Assembly: GCA_036769135.1 (NCBI GenBank)
Contig: DAIPLR010000001.1
Span: 13,589-71,698, forward strand
DNA: 58,110 nt
Direction: 5' to 3'
DNA from: Spirochaetales bacterium
Lineage (GTDB): Bacteria; Spirochaetota; Spirochaetia; Treponematales; UBA12059
Shown here: positions 7,923 through 17,587 of the stretch, one piece after another
How the letters are laid out: each line of letters opens with the position of its first letter
Position numbering within the stretch: the first letter of the stretch is position 1
Position numbers and translations under genes: made by a program
The notes under the pieces: model-generated
Seen by the model: the letters and a program-made list of their open reading frames with translations, nothing else
The model's database searches: none
What the model was told of the DNA's origin: nothing

Positions 7923-10526
7923 TTAATCAAGCACGCCGTCGTCTTCGTCCTCTCCGTCGCCCGGCTTCTTCTCCTGCGGCGGCTGCGGCTGCGGGGCGGG
8001 GGCGAATGGATTGAAGGGCTGGAACGCGTCGCCGGCGCCGCCCGGGCTTTGATCCAGGCTCCTGAGGAGGGCGTCGAGGTCGATCGCGCCGGTGTCCAGG
8101 CTCGAATCGACGCGGCCGCCGCCTAAGAGCTCGAGCTGCGAGCTCAAGCCGCGGATGACCGACTCGGCTTGTTGGGTCTTCAGCTGGTGCAGGTCGCAAT
8201 ACGTCCGCGGCTGGGTCCCCTCGTAGAAGGTCAGGGTCACCGTGCCTTCGTCGCAGTACTCCGTCGGTAGGAGGCCCGATACGGCGCAGACCTTTACGTC
8301 GATGAGGCCGGTCTGCGGGCGCACGAAGTCCTTGAAGGGCAGGCCGCGATGGATCTGCTCCATATAGTTGGCCCAGGCCGTGCCCGCTATAACCGCGCCT
8401 GATTGGTTGACGCCCAACGAGTTCCCCGGCGAATCGAAGCCGAACCAGATGGCGGTGGTGTAGTAGGGCGTATAGCCTACGGTCCAGGCGTCGGCCCAGT
8501 TCTGGGTGGTGCCGGTCTTGCCCGCCGCGGGTATCGTGAAACGCTTACCCGAGGCGTCGGCGTAGGTGAACAGCCGGCCGAAGTTCGTCTGGAAGCGCAG
8601 GGTGCCGTCGGTGACGACGCGCTTGAGCATATCGGTCATGACGTAGGCGTTTTGCGGCGAGACGATCTGGGCGGCGCTGCCGCGGCGCTGCTGCTCCGCG
8701 CGCAGTTCCTTCTCGGGCTCCAGGATGGTTCGGCCATTGCGGTCTTGGATGCTGCGGACGGCGATGGGCGTCACCTCGCGCCCCTGGTTGGCGAAGACGG
8801 CGAAGGCTCGGGCCATCTGCATGGGCGAGACGCCGATGACGCCCAAGGCCAAGGGATAGAGCCGCGGGAAGGTCTGCCTGATGACGGCCGGGTCGCTGAT
8901 GCCTAAGAGGGCTGCCGAACGGTTGATGGCCGCGTCGAAGCCTATGGCGTCGATTATCTTCACGGAGGGGACGTTCATGGAGTTGGCCAGGGCCTGCCAG
9001 GTGAGGACCTGCCCCTTCCATTCGCCCCTGAAGTTCAGGGGGATGTACGGCGTACCGTCGCTGTTGTAGAACACGACCGGCGCGTCGTAGATCAAGGTGC
9101 CCGGCGTATAGAGGCGAGAGTCGATGGCGGCGGAGTAGTAGAGCGGCTTGAACGACGAGCCGGGCATCAACCGAGCTTGGGTGGCGCGGATGAGCTGGTT
9201 GGCCTGCTCGAACTTGGAGCCGCCCACCATGGCCGTGATATAGCCCTTATCATTGTCCAGGCTTATGAGCGCGCCCTCTACGGTGTTCCTGGCCATGACC
9301 GAGAGCTGGGCGTTCCAGCTGGCGTTGGCCGTGAGCTTTAAGGATTCGAGCCCGAACATGAGCGCTACGGCGTCGACCGTCGGATTGACGTGGCGGCGAT
9401 AGTACTCCCGCACCTGGAACTCGACCTTGGCGTCCTGGAAGAAGATGCCTTCCAGGTTGAAGGCGAGCCCCAAGAGCTCGGCCATGGGGGCGTAGAGGCG
9501 CTCGGCCTCGCGGAGGCGCTGCGAACTACTCGCCGCGTATTCCTTGTTGACCTGCTCGATGTAGCGGCTCATCCAGCGGTCGGCGGCCTCTTGATGGTCT
9601 AGGTCCAGGCTCGTATGTATAGTCAGGCCGTCGCGATAGAGGTCTATCGAGCCGTAGAGCATGTCCTGCAGCTGTCGCCGGACGTACTCGCTGAACCACG
9701 GGGCCTTATCGTCGCGCGGACTGGCCGCGGCCGTCGCCACGCGCGTATAGTCGAAATTATCCCAGTATTCATGGAAGGAGGCGTCGGCTTCCTCGGCGCT
9801 GGTATAGCCTAAGGCGACCATGTCGTCGAGCACGGCCCGAGAGCGATCGCGCGCCACGTTCGGGTTGCGCAGGGGGTTGTAATGGGTCGGCGCCGACAGC
9901 TGAACTACCAGGATGGCCGCCTCGGCCAGGCTGAGGTCGCGGGCCGAGTGGCCGAAGTAGAACTTGCTCGACGCCTCGATGCCGTAGGTACCCGGACCCA
10001 TGATCATGCGGTTCAGGTACATCTCCAGGATCTCTTGCTTGGAGAAACGTCGCTCCAGCTGTATGGCATACCAAAGCTCGATGAGCTTGCGCCGGTAGCT
10101 TATGTCGCGGCGGTCGGCGTAGAGGGTGCCCGCCAGCTGCAGCGTTATGGTGGAGCCGCCGCCTAGGCGCTTGCCGGTGATGACGCCGTAGAAGGCGCGG
10201 AAATAGCCGCTGAGCGTGAAGCCCGGATGGGTCCAGAAGGTCCGGTCCTCTCGAGTTATGAGCGCGTCTATGACGTGCTGAGGCAGGTCCTTGATCGACA
10301 CGAGCTCGCGCTTGATGTCGGAGGAGAACTCGGTGATCAGCCGCCCCTGGGAGTCGACCAGCCTCGACGGTATCTCGGGGTCGAATTGGCTGAAGTTCTC
10401 CACCGACATGAGGTTGCGGGTGGAGGCGAGGGCGACGCCGAACAGGACGCCCAGCGAGAGGGCTATGACGACGGCGCTCACGGCGCCGATGCGAATCAAG
10501 GTAATAAGCGCTTTTTGACGGGCCAT
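7923..10526 (-). CDS. class A penicillin-binding protein (PBP1A family, glycosyltransferase + transpeptidase)
   Basis: 867-aa ORF with an N-terminal TM anchor. GT51 motifs are REDRTFWTHPGF and GGSTITLQL. Transpeptidase motifs are SSFKP and KTGTT. Confidence 0.95.
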   Translation of the reverse strand: MARQKALITLIRIGAVSAVVIALSLGVLFGVALASTRNLMSVENFSQFDPEIPSRLVDSQGRLITEFSSDIKRELVSIKDLPQHVIDALITREDRTFWTHPGFTLSGYFRAFYGVITGKRLGGGSTITLQLAGTLYADRRDISYRRKLIELWYAIQLERRFSKQEILEMYLNRMIMGPGTYGIEASSKFYFGHSARDLSLAEAAILVVQLSAPTHYNPLRNPNVARDRSRAVLDDMVALGYTSAEEADASFHEYWDNFDYTRVATAAASPRDDKAPWFSEYVRRQLQDMLYGSIDLYRDGLTIHTSLDLDHQEAADRWMSRYIEQVNKEYAASSSQRLREAERLYAPMAELLGLAFNLEGIFFQDAKVEFQVREYYRRHVNPTVDAVALMFGLESLKLTANASWNAQLSVMARNTVEGALISLDNDKGYITAMVGGSKFEQANQLIRATQARLMPGSSFKPLYYSAAIDSRLYTPGTLIYDAPVVFYNSDGTPYIPLNFRGEWKGQVLTWQALANSMNVPSVKIIDAIGFDAAINRSAALLGISDPAVIRQTFPRLYPLALGVIGVSPMQMARAFAVFANQGREVTPIAVRSIQDRNGRTILEPEKELRAEQQRRGSAAQIVSPQNAYVMTDMLKRVVTDGTLRFQTNFGRLFTYADASGKRFTIPAAGKTGTTQNWADAWTVGYTPYYTTAIWFGFDSPGNSLGVNQSGAVIAGTAWANYMEQIHRGLPFKDFVRPQTGLIDVKVCAVSGLLPTEYCDEGTVTLTFYEGTQPRTYCDLHQLKTQQAESVIRGLSSQLELLGGGRVDSSLDTGAIDLDALLRSLDQSPGGAGDAFQPFNPFAPAPQPQPPQEKKPGDGEDEDDGVLD

Positions 10527-10571
10527 ACGCGCCTGAGCCTACGCGAAAGCTCCGGCCTAGGTCAAGGCGAT

Positions 10572-10599
10572 AAAAAAAGGCCGGCCGATGTGGCCGGCC
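10572..10599 (-). terminator. intrinsic terminator readable only on the minus strand (GGCCGGCC-ACAUC-GGCCGGCC + U7)
   Basis: An 8-bp all-GC stem (10599..10592 with 10586..10579) and a 5-nt loop are followed by seven U (10578..10572) on the minus strand. On the plus strand the hairpin has no U tail. It ends 45 nt upstream of the PBP start codon. Confidence 0.7.
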
Positions 10600-10694
10600 C
10601 GCCCTGACAGGCAGCCAGGTAGGACGCATAGCAAACTGGGAGGGGAACTATGATCCTGCCCGACACTCTGAATATCGGAATCCCCGCCGCCTAC
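10600..10694 (-). promoter_or_regulatory. candidate structured RNA (riboswitch-like leader or small RNA), class unknown
   Basis: The minus-strand transcript folds by hand into a three-way junction. P1 is GUAGGCGGC/GCUGCCUGU. P2 is CCGAUA-loop-UGUCGG. P3 is AGGAUCAUAG/CUAUG-C-GUCCU. A possible GGGGA:UCCCC pseudoknot is also present. G-U pairs in all three helices would be C-A mismatches on the plus strand. Confidence 0.35.
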
Positions 10695-10753
10695 TTTACA
10701 GGATTAATACGAGAAAAAAAGCCCTATTAGCGTATAATTATGCAGTCGCCGCA

Positions 10754-10783
10754 TTGACGCATGATTCTCTTTATCGATATGCT
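10754..10783 (+). promoter_or_regulatory. possible sigma70-type promoter TTGACG-N18-TATGCT upstream of gap
   Basis: Motif match in the AT-rich divergent intergenic region, about 100 nt upstream of the gap start. Confidence 0.3.
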
Positions 10784-10876
10784 TATGGCGTTAAGATAAT
10801 GTCCGGCCAGTTTTTCGCGACGTTTTTAGCGCTTAAACGAGCCGGGCAAGCCAGCTGTCCCACTCAATCCTAGTAG

Positions 10877-11962
<1,086 letters not shown>

Positions 11963-11991
11963 GCTCGGGCCGCCCTATCGCCTGAATAGTC

Positions 11992-12025
11992 GGCCGCCCT
12001 GGCTTCGTTCCGGGGCGGCCTTTTT
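11992..12025 (+). terminator. intrinsic terminator after gap
   Basis: GGCCGCCC (11992..11999) pairs with GGGCGGCC (12013..12020) and is followed by TTTTT (12021..12025). Confidence 0.7.
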
Positions 12026-12091
12026 AATCCGTCAATGAACCGATCGGCCGGCCCGCTTTCAGCGGCAAGCCGGCCAAACGAGGAGCGATAT

Positions 12092-13351
12092 ATGATTAAG
12101 ACCGTAAAGGACCTGGAGCTCAAGGGTAAGCGCGTCGTCATGCGCGTCGATTTTAACGTGCCCATGAAGGACGGCGTCGTGCAGGACGATACCCGCATCG
12201 TCGCCGCCATCCCGACCATACGTTACATCCTGGAGAAGGGCGCCGCGAGCCTCACGCTCATGAGCCATTTAGGCGACCCGTCTAAGGACGCCAAGAAGGC
12301 TAAGGAGAAGGCCGAGAAGGCCGGCAAGGCCTGGGACGAGGCGGCCTATATCGCCGGCAAGCACCGCATGAAGCCCGTGGCCGAATACCTGGCGGCCAAG
12401 CTTGGGCTCCCCGTCGCCTTCGCCGGCGAGGACGGCTGCTACGGCAAGAAGGCCTTCATCGAGGCGCAGAAGCCCGGCTCCGTCGTCATGCTGGAGAATA
12501 CCCGCTTCCATAAGGAAGAGACCAGCGACGACCCGGCTGCCCGCGACAAGCTGGCCCAGGAGCTCGCCGGCTACGGCGAGATCTTCGTGAACGACGCCTT
12601 CGGCACCGCCCACCGCGACCACGCCTCCACCGCCAGCATCGCCAAGTTCGCCAAGGCGGCGGTCGGCGGTTTCCTCATGGAGAAAGAGGTCGCTTACCTG
12701 GAGCCCATGGTCACGAACCCGCCTAAGCCCATGGTGGCCATCATCGGCGGCGCCAAGGTCAGCTCCAAGATTGCCGTGCTCGAGAGCCTCCTCAAGAACG
12801 CCTCCGCCCTGGTCATCGGCGGCGGCATGGCCTTCACCTTCCTCAAGGCCCAGGGCAAGGCCGTAGGCAAATCCCTCGTAGAGGACGACCAGCTGGACGT
12901 CGCCAAGAAGGTGCTCGCGGCCGCCGCCGAGAAGGGCGTGCGCATCGTCCTGCCGGTCGACCACGTGGGCGCCGAGGCCTTCGACGCGGCCGCCCGCCCC
13001 GTGGCGGTCGACGCCGCGGAGCTGCCTGAGAACCTCATGGGCCTGGACGTCGGCCCCAAGACCGTGGCTTTGTACCGCGAGATCCTGTCGGGCGCCAAGA
13101 GCATCGTCTGGAACGGCCCCGTCGGCGTCTTCGAGTTCGAAGCCTTCGCCAAGGGCACCGGCGAGGTGGCTAAGCTCGTGGCCGAGGCGACGGGCCGCGG
13201 CGCCGTTACCGTGGTCGGCGGCGGCGACTCGGTGGCCGCCGTCAACAAGTTCGGCTTGGCCGAGAAGATGAGCCATGTCTCCACCGGCGGCGGCGCTTCC
13301 CTCGAGCTCCTCGAGGGCAAGAAGCTCCCCGGCATCGAAGTCTGTAAGTAA
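12092..13351 (+). CDS. pgk: phosphoglycerate kinase
   Basis: The track ORF starts at 12035. I prefer ATG 12092 (MIKTVKDLELKGKRVVMRVDFNVP), which has AGGAG 7 nt upstream. C-terminal landmarks are GGGDS and STGGGASLE. Confidence 0.95.
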   Translation: MIKTVKDLELKGKRVVMRVDFNVPMKDGVVQDDTRIVAAIPTIRYILEKGAASLTLMSHLGDPSKDAKKAKEKAEKAGKAWDEAAYIAGKHRMKPVAEYLAAKLGLPVAFAGEDGCYGKKAFIEAQKPGSVVMLENTRFHKEETSDDPAARDKLAQELAGYGEIFVNDAFGTAHRDHASTASIAKFAKAAVGGFLMEKEVAYLEPMVTNPPKPMVAIIGGAKVSSKIAVLESLLKNASALVIGGGMAFTFLKAQGKAVGKSLVEDDQLDVAKKVLAAAAEKGVRIVLPVDHVGAEAFDAAARPVAVDAAELPENLMGLDVGPKTVALYREILSGAKSIVWNGPVGVFEFEAFAKGTGEVAKLVAEATGRGAVTVVGGGDSVAAVNKFGLAEKMSHVSTGGGASLELLEGKKLPGIEVCK

Positions 13352-13359
13352 GGAAGGCC

Positions 13360-14115
13360 ATGATGAAGCAGTACTATATCGCCGGCAATTGGAAGATGCA
13401 TAAGACCGTCGCCGAGTCCGTGGCCCTGGCCATGGAGCTCGCCGCGGCGCTCAAGGGGACGGACCGCAAGGTGATGGTAGCCCCGGCTTTTACCGCCCTC
13501 TCGGCCGTGGCCGAGGCGATCAAAGGCAGCGGCCTCATCCTGGGCGCTCAGAACATGGGCCCGGAGAACCAGGGCGCGCACACCGGCGAAGTTTCCCCCC
13601 TCATGCTCAAGGACCTGGGCGTCAAGGCCGTGATCCTGGGGCATTCCGAGCGCCGCCACTCGTACTTCGAGACCGACGAGCTCATCAACCGTAAGCTCCT
13701 CCTAGCGCTCGAGCACGGCCTTGAGCCCATCCTCTGCGTGGGCGAGACCCTGGCCGAGCGCGAGGCCGGCAAGCTCGAGGCGGTCGTGGGTACCCAGGTC
13801 CGCGAAGGCCTGAAGGGCGTGGGCGCCGAGGAGCTTAAGAAGGTCGTCATAGCCTACGAGCCGGTCTGGGCCATCGGCACGGGCAAGACCGCCACGCCCG
13901 AGGACGCCGACGCCGTGCACGCCTATATCCGGACCGTGCTCGCCGCCCTCTACGGCGAGGCGGCGGCCAAGGCCATGGTCATACAGTACGGCGGCTCGGT
14001 GAAGCCGGAGAACGCCGCCGAGCTCATGGCCAAGCCGAACATCGACGGGGCCCTGGTCGGCGGCGCCTCGCTCAAGGCCGACAGCTTCGTCCCCATCGTG
14101 AAGTTCGGGGCATAG
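13360..14115 (+). CDS. tpiA: triose-phosphate isomerase
   Basis: IAGNWKMHKT, ILGHSERR, AYEPVWAIGTG and YGGSV motifs. Confidence 0.95.
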   Translation: MMKQYYIAGNWKMHKTVAESVALAMELAAALKGTDRKVMVAPAFTALSAVAEAIKGSGLILGAQNMGPENQGAHTGEVSPLMLKDLGVKAVILGHSERRHSYFETDELINRKLLLALEHGLEPILCVGETLAEREAGKLEAVVGTQVREGLKGVGAEELKKVVIAYEPVWAIGTGKTATPEDADAVHAYIRTVLAALYGEAAAKAMVIQYGGSVKPENAAELMAKPNIDGALVGGASLKADSFVPIVKFGA

Positions 14116-14286
14116 TCGCCCGCGCCCGCCCGTCCGAGGCCGCCGCCCGCGGCTTCAGGCGGGACGCCGCGCCTTATGGAGGCCCTTGCGCAGGGCGCGC
14201 CGTTCCGGGTATTATCCCCCGGAACTTTACGCCCCGGCGCCTCGCGCCCCGGCGCGTTTACTAGATTGAAGCTCGGAGTAAATACC

Positions 14287-14676
14287 ATGGGATTTTTCGC
14301 TATCGTCCTCCTCGTACTTTTCGCCATCGTATGCGCCTTGTTAATTTTCATGGTGGTCATCCAGGATCAGGAGGGCGAGGGCCTCGGCGGCATCTTCGCC
14401 GGCGCCGGCAGCGCCGCCTTCGGTTCCCGTTCCTCTAACGTCGTGGTGAAATTCACCTATGTGCTAGGCGGGCTCTTCTTCGTCATCGCCTTCAGCCTGG
14501 CCCTGATCAACCGCGGCGATTCGCTCGGCGACGTCGAGGCCGCCGCCCGCGCCCAGGAACGCCAAGGCAGCGAGTGGTGGAACGCCGAATCCCAGGCGCC
14601 GGGTACCCTCCCGGGCAACGAGCCGACGCTCGGCGCGCCCGAGCAGAGCCCCCTGCCTTCCTCCAGCGGCAACTAA
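14287..14676 (+). CDS. secG: preprotein translocase subunit SecG
   Basis: The track ORF starts at 14176. I prefer ATG 14287 (GGAG upstream). The product MGFFAIVLLVLFAIVCALLIFMVVIQ..GEGLGGIFAGAGSAAFGSRS..FTYVLGGLFFVIAFSLALI shows the two-TM SecG pattern. The gene follows tpiA, as in many bacteria. Confidence 0.85.
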   Translation: MGFFAIVLLVLFAIVCALLIFMVVIQDQEGEGLGGIFAGAGSAAFGSRSSNVVVKFTYVLGGLFFVIAFSLALINRGDSLGDVEAAARAQERQGSEWWNAESQAPGTLPGNEPTLGAPEQSPLPSSSGN

Positions 14677-14696
14677 GACCGTAGTCGCGGCCCGAC

Positions 14697-15182
14697 GTGC
14701 TTTCCGAGCTTTTCAGTCCCGGACGGATCATCGTCGGCGAGACCTTCAGCGATAGGCGCTCGCTCTTCGAGCGCCTCGTGAGTCTCGCGGCCGCCGGCGA
14801 GGCGCGTTTCCCGGCGGGGGAGGCCGTCGCCGCCCTGGAGCGCCGCGAGGCGCTGTCGTCGACGGCCATCCGGCCGGGCCTGGCCCTACCGCACGCCAAG
14901 CTCGCCTTGCCCCAGGCGCTCTACGGCGCCGCGGCCCTCGTGCCCGGCGGCGTCGCTTTCGCCGCCGGGGACAGCGCGTCGACGGCCAAGGTCGAGCTGG
15001 TTTTTATGGTCTTAAGTGACCAAAGTCACGCATCCGTACACCTCGCCGCCCTCAAGGCCCTGGCCCTCGTCATCGACGCGCCCGCGTGCGTAGCCGAGCT
15101 CATGCGCTCGCCCGACGCCGTCGCGTTCTGCGAAACCCTCGCTCGCTATGAGCGGAAGTACGCAAGATCGGCGCCGCGATGA
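14697..15182 (+). CDS. PTS EIIA type-2 domain protein (PtsN-like)
   Basis: 161-aa ORF with a GTG start. It contains RREALSSTAIRPGLALPHAKL, with the His of the EIIA-2 active-site motif. The overall length fits the PF00359 fold. Confidence 0.65.
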   Translation: MLSELFSPGRIIVGETFSDRRSLFERLVSLAAAGEARFPAGEAVAALERREALSSTAIRPGLALPHAKLALPQALYGAAALVPGGVAFAAGDSASTAKVELVFMVLSDQSHASVHLAALKALALVIDAPACVAELMRSPDAVAFCETLARYERKYARSAPR

Positions 15183-15988
15183 TGCAGGATCATTACGGGG
15201 CGCTCGGCGTACACCCCGAGGCCAGCCCTAAGGAAATCAAGAGCGCGTTCCGAAGGCGCGCCAAGGCCAAGCATCCCGACCTAGCCGCGGGGCAGGAAGA
15301 GGGCATGCGCGCCCTCATCGAAGCCTATCGCGTCCTCTCCGACCCCGAAACCAGGCGCGAATACGATCGCGGCCGCCTCCGCGTCGTCCGTAAGGAAGGC
15401 CCCGGGGCCTTCGACTATCACAGCTGGCTGGTCGAGCGCCTCGACGAGAGCCCCGAGTACGTGGCCAAGCTGGTGTTCTACGATCTCCTCCATGGCCTCG
15501 AGGACGAGGCCCTCTCTCTCTACGAGCGCATACGCGAGCGCGACGACGGGCGCCTCGAGCGCTTCTTCGAGCGGCCGGAGGCCATGGACGCCGAGTTCTG
15601 CATCGCCGAGGAGTACATAGCCAGGCAGCGCTACGACGATGCCTATCGGGTGATGAAGAAGCTCATCGCCATGGAGCAGCGCCTCCCCGGCTTCGGCTAC
15701 TTCTACGAGGTGGTGCTGGCGCGCTTTAAGCGCCTGGTGCTCGAGGAGCTGGGGCGCTGCATGGAGCCCGCCGGCGAGCTTTCGCTCCTGGACGACGCCT
15801 TGGCCTGCCGTAGCGGCGCGGATAACGATGCGCAGTTCCTGCGCCGCGCCGCCGAGCTGGCTATACGCCTAGGCGAGGCCGAGCGCGCAGCCGAGTACCT
15901 ACGGCGCGCCCGCGCCTTGAAGCCCAAGCTCCCCGGGCTCTCGGTCTTGGATAAGCGCCTGGCGGTGGCCAGGCTTAAGGGAGCCTAG
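15179..15988 (+). CDS. J-domain (DnaJ-like) protein with a helical-repeat C-terminus
   Basis: DHYGALGVHPEASPKEIKSAFRRRAKAKHPDL with the HPD motif. ATGA overlap with the upstream EIIA gene. Confidence 0.85.
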   Translation: MMQDHYGALGVHPEASPKEIKSAFRRRAKAKHPDLAAGQEEGMRALIEAYRVLSDPETRREYDRGRLRVVRKEGPGAFDYHSWLVERLDESPEYVAKLVFYDLLHGLEDEALSLYERIRERDDGRLERFFERPEAMDAEFCIAEEYIARQRYDDAYRVMKKLIAMEQRLPGFGYFYEVVLARFKRLVLEELGRCMEPAGELSLLDDALACRSGADNDAQFLRRAAELAIRLGEAERAAEYLRRARALKPKLPGLSVLDKRLAVARLKGA

Positions 15989-16136
15989 GCGCGCTAGCCG
16001 GCCCTCGCCTTGCCCAAGAGCTGGTTTTGATTTAACCTAAGGCGCCCGAGCTTGTTTACGGTACTGAATCGGCCTTAAAAGCGGCGCCTAAGGCGCGCGA
16101 GGCCGCTTTGCATACGAGCCTTAATGGAGTTTTACT

Positions 16137-17165
16137 ATGAAACAGCGCATCCTGGCCCTCCTTGCCTGCGCGGCCCTCGTCGCGCCCCTCTTCGCCCAAG
16201 GCCTTACGACGCCTATGGCGACCGTGCGCCTCACGAAGACCGAGATCATCTCCGAGCGGCAATTTAGGGACGACGTCGCCAAGGTAGAGAAGATGCGCGG
16301 CCGCGCGCTCAGCGCCGAGGAGCGCAAGGCCTTTCTCGACGATATCATCGACGACCTCCTCTTCGCCCAGATGTGCGAGCGCGACGGCATCAGGACCACC
16401 GACGCCGAAGTGAACGCCATGATAGCCCAGGTGCGCTCTCAGCTCGGGCAGAACGTCACCGACGCCCAATTCGAGCAGTACCTAACGTCCCAGGGCGTCG
16501 CCTTGGCCGATTATCGCACCTTGATTAGGAAGCAGATCCTTCAGCAAAAATGGCTCCAAACGGCCAAAGCCAATGAGATCCGCGCCATACCCCCCGTCAC
16601 GCCCCAGGAGATCCTGAGAAACTACGAGCTCCTAAAAGCGCAGCTCGTCCAGCCCGAGTCGGCCCGCATAGCCTTAGTCTACTATCCCTTCCAGGCCGAT
16701 ACCCAGGCCGAGCGTGATAAGGGCGCCCAGACCATACGCGCCATCCAGGACCGCCTCGCCAATGGCGAGAGCTTCGACTCGGTACGGCTCAAGGCAGCCG
16801 ATCTGACCTACGGCGCCTCCCGCGATCTTCTCGTACCCAGGACGCCCGAGGGCATCCAGATCATGGGGCAGTTCGGCATCGGCCGCGAGCAGTTCGACAT
16901 GATCTTCGCCCTGCGCGACGGCACGAACACCGCGCCATTCCAGACCCAGGCCGGATGGTTCATCGCCCGCAAGTTCGAGACCTTCCCGCAGAAGCAGCTG
17001 GAGCTATCCGATCCCATCCAGCCCGGCAAGACCCTCACGGTGCAGGCTGCCCTGGCGCAAGAGATCGCCAGCCAGCGCCAACAGGAGTTCATCGCCAAGA
17101 CCTTCTCGGAGCTGCGCGATCAGCTGCGCAAGCAGGCCGAGGTCAGGATCACGGGGCGCCCCTAA
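16137..17165 (+). CDS. periplasmic SurA-N/PpiC (parvulin)-like chaperone
   Basis: Signal peptide MKQRILALLACAALVAPLFAQG, a SurA-like N-terminal helical region, and a degenerate parvulin-like segment (GWFIARK). Confidence 0.65.
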   Translation: MKQRILALLACAALVAPLFAQGLTTPMATVRLTKTEIISERQFRDDVAKVEKMRGRALSAEERKAFLDDIIDDLLFAQMCERDGIRTTDAEVNAMIAQVRSQLGQNVTDAQFEQYLTSQGVALADYRTLIRKQILQQKWLQTAKANEIRAIPPVTPQEILRNYELLKAQLVQPESARIALVYYPFQADTQAERDKGAQTIRAIQDRLANGESFDSVRLKAADLTYGASRDLLVPRTPEGIQIMGQFGIGREQFDMIFALRDGTNTAPFQTQAGWFIARKFETFPQKQLELSDPIQPGKTLTVQAALAQEIASQRQQEFIAKTFSELRDQLRKQAEVRITGRP

Positions 17166-17587
17166 TGGCTTCGCGACGCAAGGCCCGCATCTTGGCTTTC
17201 CAGGCTCTCTACGCCTGGGACGCCTCGGGCGTGCCGCAGGGCGAGCTCTTATCCTTTTCCTGGCTCTCCGAAGAGTCGGCCGCGGCGGCCGACGAGGAGC
17301 TCAAGGCCTTCGCCGGCCTCATGGTCGCCGGGACTTTGGAGCGCCTGCCCGAGGTCGACGATCTCATTAAGCGCCACCTGGAGCACTGGGCCTTCGAACG
17401 CTTAAAAAAGGTCGACTTAGCCATCCTGCGCGTCTCGGTCTACTCGCTGCTGGCCCAGCGGGATATCCCGGCCCAGATCACTATCGACGAGGCCATCGAG
17501 ATAGCCAAGGAATACGGCGCCGAGGACTCGTACCGATTTATCAACGGCGTATTGGACGCCGTATGGAAAGAGCTCGGCGCTCGCTAA
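17165..17587 (+). CDS. nusB: transcription antitermination factor NusB
   Basis: An internal ATG at 17165 (TAATG overlap with the upstream stop) gives MASRRKARILAFQALYAWD...ITIDEAIEIAKEYG..DSYRFINGVLD. Confidence 0.9.
   Translation: MASRRKARILAFQALYAWDASGVPQGELLSFSWLSEESAAAADEELKAFAGLMVAGTLERLPEVDDLIKRHLEHWAFERLKKVDLAILRVSVYSLLAQRDIPAQITIDEAIEIAKEYGAEDSYRFINGVLDAVWKELGAR

Noticed and set aside
12035-12091. N-terminal extensions in the track ORFs for pgk (12035), secG (14176), nusB (16955), the propeller lipoprotein (26853), glgC (30718), rsgA (44674), the Cys-rich ORF (45213) and the 81-aa ORF (50841).
   Set aside because: In each case an internal ATG with a Shine-Dalgarno motif or a start/stop overlap gives the family-typical N-terminus. 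The extension overlaps the upstream gene or is Arg/Gly-rich.
14230-14255. Direct repeat CGCCCCGGCGC-ctcg-CGCCCCGGCGC between tpiA and secG, next to an 8-bp hairpin GTTCCGGG-N8-CCCGGAAC (14202..14225). Considered as a mini-array or regulatory element.
   Set aside because: There are only two 11-nt copies, which is far too short for a CRISPR array or REP family. The hairpin has only a UUU tail. It is plausibly an inter-cistronic stem-loop of no special note.
15012-15038. Cluster of A/T-ending codons (TTA AGT GAC CAA AGT CAC GCA TCC GTA) with the inverted repeat GTGAC-caaa-GTCAC inside the EIIA-like gene.
   Set aside because: The arms are only 5 bp and the run is shorter and less extreme than the one in mutS2. 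It is within what chance could give over 58 kb.
16078-16109. Nested palindromes AAAGCGGC...GCCGCTTT and GCGCC-TAA-GGCGC upstream of the SurA-like gene, with CCTAAGGCGC repeated at 16036. Considered as an operator or terminator.
   Set aside because: These are short GC-rich arms with only a UUU tail, and no second feature supports them. I cannot distinguish them from chance or from a weak terminator for the J-domain gene.
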